A DNA stretch of 64,000 bases from Leucoraja erinacea (lineage: Eukaryota). Both the position numbers and the translations under genes were made by a program. Position 1 is the first letter of the stretch. Every line of letters begins with the position of its first letter. Below, piece by piece: positions 1 through 13,615 of this stretch. The DNA lies in the NCBI RefSeq assembly GCF_028641065.1, contig NC_073406.1, forward strand, positions 7,192,001-7,256,000. The letters run 5' to 3'. The notes beneath the pieces are model-generated. The model searched no databases. It was not told the DNA's origin and was given only the letters and a program-made list of their open reading frames with translations.

Positions 1-69
1 TTTATACATATTTTTGTTTTGTTTTTTTGTATGCTGTTTCACATTTGCTTTTTATTCTTTTATTCTGCT

Positions 70-133
70 AGAAATAAATAAATAAATAAATGGACAAATA
101 AATAAATAAATAGATAGATAAATAAATAGATAA
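70..133 (+). repeat. (TAAA)n/(TAGA)n microsatellite
   Basis: Direct reading of the sequence. Confidence 0.85.
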
Positions 134-1376
134 CTAAAGCCGCAGAAAGGGTCAAACCCAGGTCTCTGGCACCGAGAACGTAAGGCTGGAAGGCAGATAG
201 ACCCCATGCCATCAGAACAGAAGTAATTGTGAATGCTGCACCTTCCCGACTTGGAAATATCTTTCATCAATGCCCCACCAGAGTCCAAATATTTAATACC
301 CTGCAGCATTCTGCTGGCACCTTCACTGGAAAGCTGCGGTTCGAGGCAGCATTCCACCATTACATTGTCAAGGGCAACAATCGTACAATGGCCAACAAAC
401 ACCTGCACTGCCAGAGACACCCACCCCCCGCACCCAGTGAATGGGACAGTGGGCAGAAGATACAATCATGATGGGCACCCCTAGTTTTCAATGGCACTAC
501 GTACCAGCACCTCTAAAAATTAAAAAATAGATTTTTAATTTGATATCATTTAGATTTTTTAATGCTCTTCACTTTTTAAATTATTTTTATGAGAAAAAGA
601 TTTAGAACAGTTTTAAAAATAACACTTTTTAACCTAGACGTCGGAGCCCCTTAAACAGCTTAAAGGTGGTCAGACCAGCAGCCAAGATTAATTATTTGAT
701 GTACAGCAGCCAATAGTGTCACATGAACCTTTGTATCAAAGGCTGTGACTATCAACATCGTTATATTATTTTACGGTTACGTGACATGCATGTTTGGTGA
801 ATGTTCTAGTGTGTATTATATTAAATATCATATTTAATTTTTCATCTTGCATTGATTTTAAACTGTTTGCTTATTAGTTTATTCAATTGGAAGTTGATTG
901 GTGATAAATCAATTGATCATAGTTGAGGCAGGTAAGGAACATTTAGACAGGTACGTAGATAGGACAGGTTTAGAGGGGTATGTAGGCAGGTGGGACAAGT
1001 GTAGATGGGACATGTTGGCCAGTGTGGGCGAGTTGGGCCGAAGGGCCCGTTTCCACGCTGTACGACTCAAAAATCCATACTGAAGAGATTGGGGAACATA
1101 CAAGGAAAAACAAAATGTTGATAAATGTAGCTTCATTTTTAATTGATATTCGTGCTGGCACCATTTTGTCGACAAAAAAAAAAGCACAGTGGGCATCACA
1201 AGTGGATGGAGGGTAAAGGGAAGAAGCTTTTACAAAGCGCTGATCAGATGCATTGAATTTCTGTGCCAAATCCTGCCTCAGATATTCACGCAAACACATC
1301 CGCTTTCCAGTGCAGGTTGACTGTCCCACGGGTTACTGTGTGGTCACTGTTTGCTTGCACTGAGGTGAGATATTCA

Positions 1377-1814
<438 letters not shown>

Positions 1815-2217
1815 TCAAACGCACTTGCTTAAAAAAAGAAATGATTTGCTAACACCATGCGCTCAGGATTTCAAAGATTTGGGTAGGTTCTGGAAAAAAG
1901 AGTGGGAGGAAGCACTCACTATATGTGACTAGAATTCAATGTAATCCAGATGCAGAAATGTGCAAGGGACTGAACTAGTTTTAAACCAGAATCTTAGAGA
2001 GGTTGGAGGAGTTGACTTAGCTCCAGCCCCCACATCCCATATGGGATTCATGCACATGGCCAGTTTGTGAACTATACACCCAGACACAGCTCAAAGGCAC
2101 AAGCTCTGTTCATTTACTCACTCGGAAATAATAAGACCATCTTTGAGCTTGGTACCAAGCCCAGCCCAGATAATCTGCCACAGGCCAGGAACTGAACCAG
2201 ACACCTCCTTCCATCTG

Positions 2218-2435
2218 TTCAAGAAGGAACTGCAGATGCTGGAAAATCGAAGGTACACAAAAAAACTGGAGAAACTCTGCGGGTGCAGCAGCATCTATGG
2301 AGCGAAGGAAATAGGCAACGTTTCGGGCCGAAACCCTTCTTCAGTCTGAAGAAGGGTTTCGGCCCGAAACGTTGCCTATTTCCTTCGCTCCATAAATGCT
2401 GCTGCACCCGCTGAGTTTCTCCAGTTTTTTTGTGT
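2218..2435. mobile_element. Penelope pLTR-derived fold-back element with hammerhead core on both strands
   Basis: 94-bp inverted arms (2251-2344 / 2346-2439); core CTGAAGA-AGGGTTTCGGCCC-GAAAC-GTT; 15-bp TSD ACCTCCTTCCATCTG at 2203-2217 and 2436-2450. Confidence 0.8.
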
Positions 2436-3000
2436 ACCTCCTTCCATCTGCCCTGGGAGGCTGGGAGGCACTCAGCAGGTGGGCCGCCAGGAGCAAAGAG
2501 GGACCCGGTGAGGAGGGACCTGGCAGGCTGCAGCCACGTGCAGCAGCAGGGCTGGTTCACCGCTGCGAGAAGATAAGTGGACTGAGAACATTTGAAACCT
2601 TGTCGGTGCCAGAAATGTGCGACTCGTTGTGTACTGCCTCGGTGAAATCTGCTGTATGGTTTTACCAGATTGTATGCAAAAACAAATAATTTCACTGAAC
2701 CTAAATGCATGTGACAATAAAGTAGCGTTGGATCATTGACTGGTCCTCGATATGAGATGGTCCTGCACACACACAGGTGTCAGCGGTTATGGGGAGAAGG
2801 CAGGAGAATGGGGTTAGGAGGGAGGGATAGATCATCCATGATTGAATATATCTGATCTATGGTAGACTAGATGACTGAATGGCCTAATTCTACTCCTATT
2901 CCTTACGACCGCACAAGTGGTTCACCCGCCAATGCGCGGGGGGACACTGCAACGCAATGCATCCACAGAGAAATCTTTCAAGATGATGTTGATTACTTAC

Positions 3001-3127
3001 ATTTCTTCTTTCGCTTGCCACCTTTCCTCCTCCTTTTGCCCAAACCGGCCGATCCCTCGGATCGCACCGAGCAGCTGTGGATGCTGGCACTGTCCAGGTC
3101 AGATTCACCATGGTCATCTTCATCACT
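3001..3127 (-). CDS. CHD5: CHD5 exon (SDEDDHGESDLDSASIHSCSVRSEGSAGLGKRRRKGGKRKKK)
   Basis: gcag| acceptor, |gtaagt donor, 127 bp. ESDxDSASIHSxSVRSE motif of CHD5. Confidence 0.93.
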
Positions 3128-3883
3128 CTGCGGCACAAACACAAGTACAAGGAGACTTCTAGCTTTCAGGCTTCCACATTTCCTGCTTTATCTCTTATCA
3201 AGTAGCAGCTTCAGCTACACCAATATTGCTTTAGCCCCTGCTTCAAACAGCATCTTCTGGCAGCTTGTTCCATACACCCACCACCCTCTGTGAAAAGGTT
3301 ACCCCTCAGGTTCAAGGCGACATTAATCCCCACCTCCGAGCCATGTACAGACAGAAGATTTTAAGCTGGAAAGATTACAGAGAAGATTTACAAAGATGTT
3401 TCCAGGACTTGAGGGGCTGTTTCCAGGACTAGAGGGAAAATCTGGGCTAGTTAGGATGTTATTCCATGGAGGCAGGAGGTTGAGGAGTGATCTCATAGGG
3501 GTATATAAAATCCCGAGGGGAATAGATAGGGTGAATGCAAACTGTCTTTATTCCTACATAGGGGAATCTAGGTTTAAGATGAGGAGTGGAAGATTTAATA
3601 GGAATGTGAAGGGTAACTCTTTATCACAAAAAGGGTGGTGGGTATATGGTACGAGCTGTCAGAAGGTGTAGTAACAATATTTAAAAGTCACTTGCACAGA
3701 TACAAGGATAGGAAAGGTTTGGAGGAACATGGGGCAGGCAAACGGGACTAGTTTGGATGGGACATCTTGGTCAGCATGGATGGTTGGGCTGCAGGGCCTG
3801 TTTCCATATGATTCCATCAGGATTGGAAAGGATGTTCCTCCATCAGGAACATCACAATTTAAAACAGAACAGTCCAGTCTTAC

Positions 3884-4014
3884 CGAAGATTCTTTTTTCC
3901 GTTTGCCACTGAATCCTCCAAGTTTGATTTTCAGGGGCACCATCTTCTTGCCCTTTCCTTTCTTCTTCAGTTCTGCAGCCCGAGCACTTTTGCTTTTCTT
4001 CCGCACCCCCGGGC
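3884..4014 (-). CDS. CHD5: CHD5 exon (PGVRKKSKSARAAELKKKGKGKKMVPLKIKLGGFSGKRKKESS)
   Basis: acag| acceptor, |gtaaga donor, 131 bp, phases consistent with neighbouring exons. Confidence 0.93.
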
Positions 4015-5108
4015 CTGTGGACAGGAGGCGACAACCATAGTCATACCCCGAATGCTGTACGCTCACCTGCAACAATTGGGTCTCTCCACCCCCTCTCAGT
4101 TTCAAGCCCTGTTGTCCTGATGTGGACTCTCTGTGGATTACATCCCTAGCCACTGGAGTTGATATTACTTGTCCACAATCACCCTTCCGTCATGAACAAG
4201 CACAGAAGTTGATCACTGCCAGGCTATTATCACAGAGATGTTACAATTGATCCGAGCTCAACCCTGCCCTCACCAAATTCCGCACACTAACACCCATCCC
4301 AGTCATCAGAACCCTTCAGTGATACAACACATAGAGACGTTGTGTTGGTGTCAATTCTTCGGTGGGTTCGTCAAAATAATGCATCTTGCAAATATTTATC
4401 CTGACCCTCCCTGAAATTCACCGCTCAGGCGGTTATTCTGAGTCACTACAAATTTCTTCCTCAAAATGAATCCAGGAGACCCTCAATATACATTGCTCGC
4501 CTCTAGTTAATGGCGATTCTGAAATGGCCGTGGCATTACATGGAACGCAGAACAGTACAGACACAAAATGCTGGAGTAACTCAGCGGGTGAGGCAGCATC
4601 TCTGGAGAGAATGCCTCACCCGCTGAGTTACTCCAGCATTCTGTGTCTACCTTTGACTTTAACTGGTATCTGCAGTTCTTTCTTACGCAGAACAGTACAG
4701 CACAGGAACAGGCCCTTCTGCCCACAATGTCTGTGCTGTACATGATGTCAGGTAAAACTAATCTCTGCCTGCATGTGATTCTGATCCCTCTGCTCCCTGT
4801 ATATCCATGTGCCTATCCAAAAGCCTCTTCAATACCATTATCATATCTGCCTCCACCACTACCTCAGGCACCTCATTCCAAACACCAACAACCCTCTGTG
4901 ATAAAAAGAAAACTTATCCTGCACATCTCCTTTAAACTTTGCCCCTCGCGTCTTAAAGGTATGTTCTCTAGTCTTTGACATTTCCACCCTGGGGGAAAAG
5001 GTTCTGACTGTCCACCCTATCTATGCCTCCCATCATTTGATACTTCTTCAGGTCGCCCCACCATCTGTGGTGTTCCAAAGAAAACAATCCAAGTCTGTTC
5101 AACCTCTA

Positions 5109-5492
<384 letters not shown>

Positions 5493-7150
5493 TTAGTAAA
5501 GGAAGTTGCTGGAGTAACTCAGCGGGCAAGGCAGCGTCTCTGGAGAAAAGGAATACGTAACGCTTTGGGTCGAGACCCTTCATCAGACTGAAAGGATTAT
5601 TAAAAGATTCAGATAACCCGAAGGAAACAATTTAATACTGACAGACAATTTCAAAGTAACTAATACCTACATAGTACCTTTAAAGTATTTAAGTGGCTCA
5701 AAGCACTTCAAATGAGGGTTACCAGATCAAAATTGACAACAGTGTGAAATAATCACAGTGAGATGTTTACATTGCATTACACAGGCCATTCAGTCTGCTG
5801 GTTAATTCAATGTTTAGACTCGCTAGGAGACGCTTTCCATCCACCATGTTGCCCAATCAATGCTTTCTTCTCATTTCTTCCACTAGGAAGCTTTCCTACG
5901 GTACATCTCAAACCATTGGCTCAATTATTCTGAATTATTAATTCTGAAGGGTCACGACCCAAAATGTCACCCATTCCTTCTCTTTAGAGATGCTGCTGGT
6001 CCTGCTGAGTTACTCCAGCATTTTGTGTCTATCTAAAGTTTTCCATGAGCTCAGAGTAGTGCCGAATAGAGACTGGAAGCCGTGTTCTTTCAAGGTTGCA
6101 GGAGCAAAGCCTTGGAGCGTGTTAAATTAAAAAAAAACAAGTTTTCTCACGCTGCCTCCAGCTCTTTTACCAAGAATCTTAAATTTGACCTGTTACCTCG
6201 AAGTAGCAGCAGTAAGAAGGGAAATGTGGTGAGGGGAACTCCCAATGTGGTGAGCAAGGTGAGAAACACACGAGAGACCAAGCTGAAGTGTCAACTTTGC
6301 CCCACACATTGTTGACCTGCAAACTATTTCTAGTATTATCCATTGTTATACCAAGTCTCAACATTTACATATTTTGCTTTTATAGAGAAGCTATGTTTTC
6401 CATGGCAAAACAAAGGCATGAGATAAAGTGAAATGAATAAAAGTATTTTTAATTTGCACACAGAATATTGACTTCTTGGTGCAAGATGATTAAACAGTAA
6501 GAACCAAAAATAGAATCAGTTAATCCAGGGTTACAGAGACTGAGCAGGAGTTCAATTAATGGGATAGTCCTAACATACCCGCTGCTCGGGCTCAATGGCC
6601 TCCATCTGTGCTGCACCGTTTAATGTTATATAAATAGATAGGTCACAGCACACCTCATATAATCAGAGAAAACCAACACTAATTCTAGAGGGTACTTACT
6701 TTTAGAATGTTAGTTGGCAACAAAATATAACCAACTTTTCACTCCAATTACCAACCTGCTCTCTAACGAAGACATCTCGAAGAAGATGCAAAGTCCTTTA
6801 ACTGAACACTCTAACAATGTAGTGAATGATTGATCCCGGCAGTTAATGTCATTCATACTGATGCAGAAGACAACTCACTGTGTCAAAACCACGGCACTTC
6901 AGCGCCACACTGGGCCCAGAAGTGCATCTAATGCTTATTAGTCCAGACCGGATTGGACTTTCTGAATTGAAATGGATTCGGTTCCCTTTTAACAAGATTA
7001 ATTCTCTTGCTTTTTGGAATGCAACAGAACTGCATGGAACATTGAAGCAACCCGACACTTAATAGGACAGAACAGCTGAAGCAATCCAAAACAAAATTAA
7101 CCCTTTCAAAGAATGGATTTAAAAATAAAATATTCTTAATTAGGCTTAAG

Positions 7151-7608
7151 AGGGCGGCACGGTGGCGCAGCGGTAGAGTTGCTGTCTTTCAGTAATAGGA
7201 CAGCACTTTCAGCACCAGAGACCTGGGTTCAATCCCAACAACGGGTGCAGTCTGTACGGAGTTTGTACGTTCTCCCCGTGACCGCGTGGGTTTTCTCCGA
7301 GATCTTCGGTTTCCTCTCACACTCCAAAGACGTACAGGTTTGTAGGTTCAGCAGCATCTATGGAGCGAAGAAAATTTTCTTCGCTCCATAGATGCTGCTG
7401 CACCCGCCGAGTTTCTCCAGCAATTTTGTGTACCTTCGATCTTCCAGCATCTGCAGTTCCTTCTTGAACAGGTTTGTAGGTTAATTGGCTTGGTACAAGT
7501 GTAAATTGTCCCTAGCGTGTGTAGGATAGTGTTAATGTGCGGGGATCGCTGGTCGGCATGGACTCGGTGGGTCGAAGGGCCTGTTTTCGCGCTGTATCTG
7601 TAAACTAA
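7151..7608 (+). mobile_element. tRNA-derived SINE (HE1/V-SINE type)
   Basis: GGCGGCACGGTGGCGCAGCGGTAG A-box head, GGTTCAATCCC B-box at 7226-7236, V-type core, AAACT tail; related copies at 8218, 17953, 19670, 37219 and 60845. Confidence 0.8.
7349..7467. mobile_element. Same fold-back family, short hairpin, nested in a SINE
   Basis: 15-bp TSD ACAGGTTTGTAGGTT at 7334-7348 and 7468-7482; terminus CAGTTCCTTCTTGA shared with the 2218 element. Confidence 0.8.
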
Positions 7609-7611
7609 TTA

Positions 7612-7809
<198 letters not shown>

Positions 7810-8217
7810 TCACTCCCAAATCCAGAAATCTCCGCAACTCCCCATCCCTCCACCAAGCTCCACCTGACATTCAAAAGCAAACACTGGCAAAGAACCAGAA
7901 CACCTGTCTCTCCCTCTGGACATATGGGTACAAGCCACATTCAACAACTTTGCCCTGGCCCAGTCAGTATTTACAGAATGTTCTGCTTGTATTCCTGACT
8001 TTACCTGATTATTTCTTCCACTCTCCCCATCACTAAATACAGGCGACTGTGACAGTGGAGCCAAAAAACAAACTGCTGGAAGAAGTCAAAGGGCTAGGCA
8101 TCGTCTGAAACATTGCCACCCTTCTGCTTCCACAGATGCTGCTCGACATTCCATCCGTTTGTGTTTTGCTCAAGATTACGGCGTCTGCAGTTCCTTCTCT
8201 CAACATTGTGATAATTG

Positions 8218-8466
8218 GGCGTCCAGCGGTAGAGTTGCTGCCTCACAGCGCCAGAGGCCCAGGTTCAATCCTGACTACGGGTGCTGTCTGTACGGAGTTT
8301 GTACGTTCTCCCTGTGAACGTGTGAATTTTCGCGGAGTGTATCTAGTTTCCTCCCACACTCCAAAGACATGCAGGTTTACCCCTAATGTGTAAGGTGGTG
8401 CTAGTGTACAGGTTGGTGTGAACTCGATGGGCTGAAGGGCCTGTTTCCACTCTATAACTAAACTAA
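8218..8466 (+). mobile_element. tRNA-derived SINE copy
   Basis: Same consensus as the 7151 copy, ending TAAACTAA. Confidence 0.75.
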
Positions 8467-8560
8467 TTACAATACAATTGTGTTTGGTGATGTTGGTTGA
8501 GATTTTTTTTGATGTAATATTGGTCTAGGAACAGACAAAATATGTCTGATATTGGCTATA

Positions 8561-8797
8561 TAGTGCCCTCCATAATGTTGGGCACAAAGACCCGTCATTT
8601 ATTCATATGCCTCTTTACTCCACAATTTGAGATTTGTTATAGAAAAAAAATCACTCTGTACTGAGCAAAATCCTTTTAATAAAATCTGACAATGTTTAAC
8701 CGCACGTGATTTTTTCTATTACAAATCTCAAATTGTGGAATACAGAGGCAAATAAATAAATGATGGATCTTTGTCCCAAACATTATGGAGGGTACTC
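8561..8797. mobile_element. Tc1/mariner-type MITE
   Basis: About 90-bp inverted arms starting (C/T)AGTGCCCTCCATAATGTT, flanked by TA on both sides. Confidence 0.8.
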
Positions 8798-10076
8798 TAA
8801 CCCATTACAGGCATGAGGAATTATTCTGAAAACCTGGGGACAGAAACAGACAAATGTTTTTTGGATCAATAAAGGGATGATCTGGGTTGTTGGAGGATCA
8901 GCAAACAAGTGCTCCTTTTGGGGTATTGCTGATACAGGAAGGAAATATACAATAGTTTCAAACCAAGAGCTAAGATGCTTCCTTCCTGTATCGGTAGTGT
9001 CCGAAGTTCACGAGAAACCACGAGGCCCACTAAATGCTAAGTGTAAATCACAAATGTTGTTGCTCATATCAATTATATTTATACCTAAAATTACCAGATT
9101 TTAAGTTATAAAAGTGATGAAAGAGCAAAAGTTTGCATTAAATCTGAAGGATCAAATAAGGCCATAATACATAGGAGCAGAATTATCTTTCGGCCCATAG
9201 AGCCTGATCCGCCATTCCATTGTGGCTGATCTATTTTTCCCCTCTCAACCCCATTCTCCTGCCTTCTCCCCATAACATTTGACACCCTTGCAAATCAAGA
9301 ACCAGAGGGCATATGTTTACGGTGAAAGGGGAAAGATTTTAGAGGATCCTGAAAGGCAACTTTTTCACACAGAGGGGATGTTTGGTATATGAACCGAACT
9401 GCCAGAGAAAGTGGTTGAGGGAAGTACAATAAACAACATGTAAAAGACACTTGGACAGGGACATGAATAGGAAAGGTTTGGAGGGATATATAGGCCAGGC
9501 ATGGGAAAAGGGGACTAGCTTAGATGGGGTATCCTGGTCAGCATGGATTAGCTGGGCCAAAGTGGTTGTGACCAAACACTACATTGCATCAATTTTCATG
9601 GAGCAGAGCAAAGTATTGTTGTAAAAAGACACACAGAACAGGTCCCTCCCCAACTCATGGCAATGCTCATCTTTCCAGCAATATCACCAGAACCATGGCA
9701 TGTTATAGTTTGGGAGCTTGCTGGCCTTTAAGAAGATGCCTTGTTTCCTACATGTGAAAGGCATCCACACTTCAAAAACAACAAATAAGATGGAAAGCAA
9801 CTTTGAGCATCATGGGCATTGGAAAAGTGGCCACAGTGAGAGAAACTATGGAACAGTTGGATTTTGTAAATACCTCTCTGGTTAAATGATCTCCTTCACA
9901 AAGGAACCTTCTGCCAAGACTGCCTTTCCTCACTCATCAACGTGCTTGAAACTTAGAAGCCTCCTCAGTTCAGGGGCAATTAGGAGTGGACAACAAAACC
10001 CTAATGTTGGCAGCAACAATTACACCCCTTAAATTAAGCTCACAGCTAAAGTCCCTCCCATCCTTCCACACCCTAC

Positions 10077-10222
10077 CTCTTTCTTTCTCTTCTTCATTTT
10101 CGGAGTCTTGTTCTCTTTCTGTTTCCGAGGTTTTCTTTTCTTCTTCACTTTGGCCGGCTCTTCATCGGGAAACATCGGTTCGCGACTTTCCTCTTCCTCC
10201 TCTTCCTCTTCCTCCTCTTCCT
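10077..10222 (-). CDS. CHD5: CHD5 coding exon 2 (poly-E, SREPMFPDEEPAKVKKKRKPRKQKENKTPKMKKRKKE)
   Basis: Acceptor tttcag|, donor |gtaggg, 146 bp, phase 1 to 0. K-rich motif matches CHD3/4/5 exon 2 (PKKxKENK..KRKKKE). Confidence 0.88.
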
Positions 10223-12109
10223 CTGAAATTTAAGAGGGACATTCAGGATTTGGCCAAATCCGCCAGGGCTCAATGCACCAGATGGGAAGACCTCAACCTC
10301 CACGTTAAAAAACATGAAACGGTTTACGTATCAGAGTGAGTAGCAACTGCATGGAGTTTCCAATTATTTATAGATCTGTTACCGCAGTTACGCATTAAGT
10401 CGACAACTGCAAGCAGATCAAAATTTATGCTTTAATGTCCTTAGTGGATTGTTTTTCACCAACCATTGAAATGAAAACAGCTTCCATTTATGTAGTGCCC
10501 TTATTGTAAAATACCCCAATAATCAGACACAATTTGACCTCGAGCCAACTAAAGGGACGTCAACGCCAAGAACGATAGCAAAAGCACAGCCTGGAAAGTT
10601 CTACACGAGCAGCTTGAAAGAGGCAGACAGCTTTTAGCATTTAGCAATGAACTTCCAGAGTTCAGGGTCGAAGTACTCAAAGGCATACCTGCCAGAGGTC
10701 AAGTGAAGGATATCAGACAGGCCAACAGACCAAACCTGGAGAAAGACAAAGACCTCCAGGTGTTCCCAGAGCTGGAATATGCTGGAGACATGAAGTAACA
10801 AGGTTATGCAGGAATGAGAAACATATATGTTTTACTGGACCAGGTAGCAGTGAACAAAAGTGTGTTGACTGAACAAGATGCAGAGGTACAGGCACTGTAG
10901 TTTGGGAGCTTTCCAGGGAAGGAGTCAAAGTATTAGCAGAAGCTCCTCTGTAGCCAGCAGCCTGTGTGTGGACCTGCCTGATATTCACCCCAGGCAACGC
11001 CATCTGAAAGAGTCCGGGCTCCCAGTTCCACTTAATCCCTTCAACAGACAATTCCGGAATCAAATAAGCACTGTTACAAATCAAACATTGTAAAATCATT
11101 GACTAATTTAATAAAAAAACTATTCTCCTCCAGACCACCAAGGGACTGTGAAGAACCCAGCTCAGATAGCAATGAACCCCAATAACAGAGTTTACCCAAC
11201 CTATCCAACAAAGTAGTCATCAGTCTAGCTAGTTTGGGTGGCATTAGTTACTGGGGCTCATTGCCCTGATTACAAGGGTCCCCCTGAAACTTATCAACAG
11301 CTTCTGAACATCCAAACTAATAATATCACCTGGTCAGGCAGCCTGACCCGCTGAGTTACTCCAGCCTTTTGCGTATGTCTTCGGTTTAAACCACCATCTG
11401 CAGATCCTCCCTACACTGATGGAAAATCACCCAGACTGAAGAAGGGTCAGCCAGGTATTGTAAATAAATTGTATTTGAATTCTGCAGTAAAATCATTAAA
11501 AAGAGTTATAGACTTTATTCCCCTGTAGGGCAACATTGATCATTGTCAGAGACAGCTTCAGTTAGAGAATAGTCATTTTTATACTGTCCCATCAAACATT
11601 GCCAGGGGAGCTGCAGTAAGACAGAGTTGACTCGATGGGTCAAATGGCCTAATTCTGCTCCTATGATGGAGACGTGGATACAAAGCAAGGCTCCTCCATT
11701 GCACCGTCATTCCCTCACAGGAGGGGTACAGTAAAGATCAGAAACTGAAGAAGGGTCCCAACCCCGAAACATCACCTGTCCATGTCCGCCAAAGATGCAG
11801 CCTGGCCTGCTGAGTCGCTCCAGCACATTGTCTCTCTTTCAAATTCCACCACCGCTCAGCCCAGTTCTCCCAGATGTTCAGTTTATATCCTACACAGCGT
11901 AATACGGTGCGTTTGCAGTGGTTACAGGTGTTGGTGTTGATGAAGACGGCCGCGGGAGGCCCAACGCCAGCCAGGTGAGTGGATCGAGTGCAGCCTATAC
12001 CAGCTGCACAGAGCGGTGGTGGAAGGATATCCAATGGTATCTGGCTAGGCCCGACCAACCCTCACTTCATCGATTCAGTGCCACCGGGCCATCATCATGC
12101 GCAAATTGC

Positions 12110-13615
12110 ATGTGTCCTTACGCCAAGATTGGACAGGGACCTGTTTATCAACTATAGCTCCACCTTCAACACCATTAGCCCATCCAAACTCATCTCCAAA
12201 CTCCTGGACCTAGGAATCAGCATTGCCCGCTGCCAATGGCTCCTCGACTTTTAGATTCACAGACCATAATCAGTGAAGATAGGTAACAACACCTCCTCCA
12301 CAATTATTCTCAACACCAGTGTTCCACAAGTATGCGTTCTCTGTTCATTATTGTACTCCCTATATACTCATGACTTTATTTTTACAAAATCACGAGGGGA
12401 ATTGATAAGGTGAACGCAGAGTCTTTTACCCAAGATTAAGGTGAGAGGGAAAAGATTGAATGGAAACACAAGGGGCAAAGTTTTCATTCAGAGGGTGGTG
12501 GATATATAGAATGAGCTGTCTGAGGAGGTAGTTGAGGCAGGTAAAAAAATAACATTTAAAAGGCACTTGGACAGGTATATGGATAGGAAAGATTTAGAGG
12601 GATATGGGCCAAATGCTGGCAAATGGGACTAGTTTTGATGGAGCATCTTGGTTGGCATGGACAACTTGGGCTGAAGGACCTGTTTCTGTGCTGTACAACT
12701 CTACGACTGTACAGCCAAAGTCGGCTCCAACTCCATTTACTAGGTTGGAGACGAGACCACTGTGGTGGGTGGGATCCCAAATAACGATGAGATTGAGTAG
12801 AGGAAGGAGATGGGGAACCAAGTAACATGGTGTCAGGACAATAGCCTCCTCTCCCTCCATGTCAGCAAGATGAAGGAGCTACTTATCGACTTCTGGAAGC
12901 ATGCATGGAGAACCCGCCATAATCAGAGTCAATGGTGCTGAAGTGGAAATGTTTGAAAGTTTCAACTTCCTTGACGTTAATATTACCAAAGATCTGTCGT
13001 GGAACAACCACAATGAGGTGACAGCCAACACCTCTACTCCTGAGGAGTATTTAGCAAGTCTCCAATGACTTTCACAAACTACTACAGATTAATGATAGAC
13101 AGCGTACTGTCTGGTTGCATCAAAGCTTGGTTTGTGAATAGCTCTGCTCAAGACCACAAGAAATGACACAAGAGTTGTAGATGTAGCTCAGTCCTCCCAC
13201 CATTGATTCCAACTGCACCTCACACTTCCTCAGAAAAGCAGCCAATATAATCAAAGACTTGTCAACCCTGGTCATTCCTTCTCCCTAATCCCGTCAGGCA
13301 GAAGGTACAGAAGCTTGAACGTGTGCACCTCGTCAGGAACTGCCTCTTCTCCTCTGTTATCAGGCTTAAGAACAGCTCTTCCAGATGCTAGGATCCTGTC
13401 TGATTCACCTCCAACCTGTTGCAGACATTAAACTTTATAATGGAACTGACCCGCTGCGTTGCTGAGATTAATATTCTGCGCTCTGTATCTTGCACTTTGC
13501 TCCATCTATAATACTTGAGTTCGTATTTATGTGATCGTATGTATAGCATTAGCTCAACTGACTGGACAGCATGCAGAAGCTTTTCACTGTACACGTGACA
13601 ATAATAAACCGAAAC
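12110..13615 (+). mobile_element. Degenerate Rex1-type LINE interrupted by a CR1 fragment (about 12385-12700)
   Basis: DYSSAFNTI-like motif (INYSSTFNTISPSKLISKLLDLG), later KELLIDF-like motif, and a GTGACAATAATAAAC tail. Confidence 0.65.

Noticed and set aside
485-654. Possible Kolobok-like terminus (..GGAGCCCC-TTAA)
   Set aside because: Only one end visible and no matching TIR found; not supportable.
2143-2770. ORFs of 68-183 aa over the hairpin, with similar peptides at 55014-55434
   Set aside because: Translations of the non-coding pLTR repeat.
7151-7240. tRNA-like sequence with A and B boxes
   Set aside because: Head of a multi-copy SINE; no complete cloverleaf.
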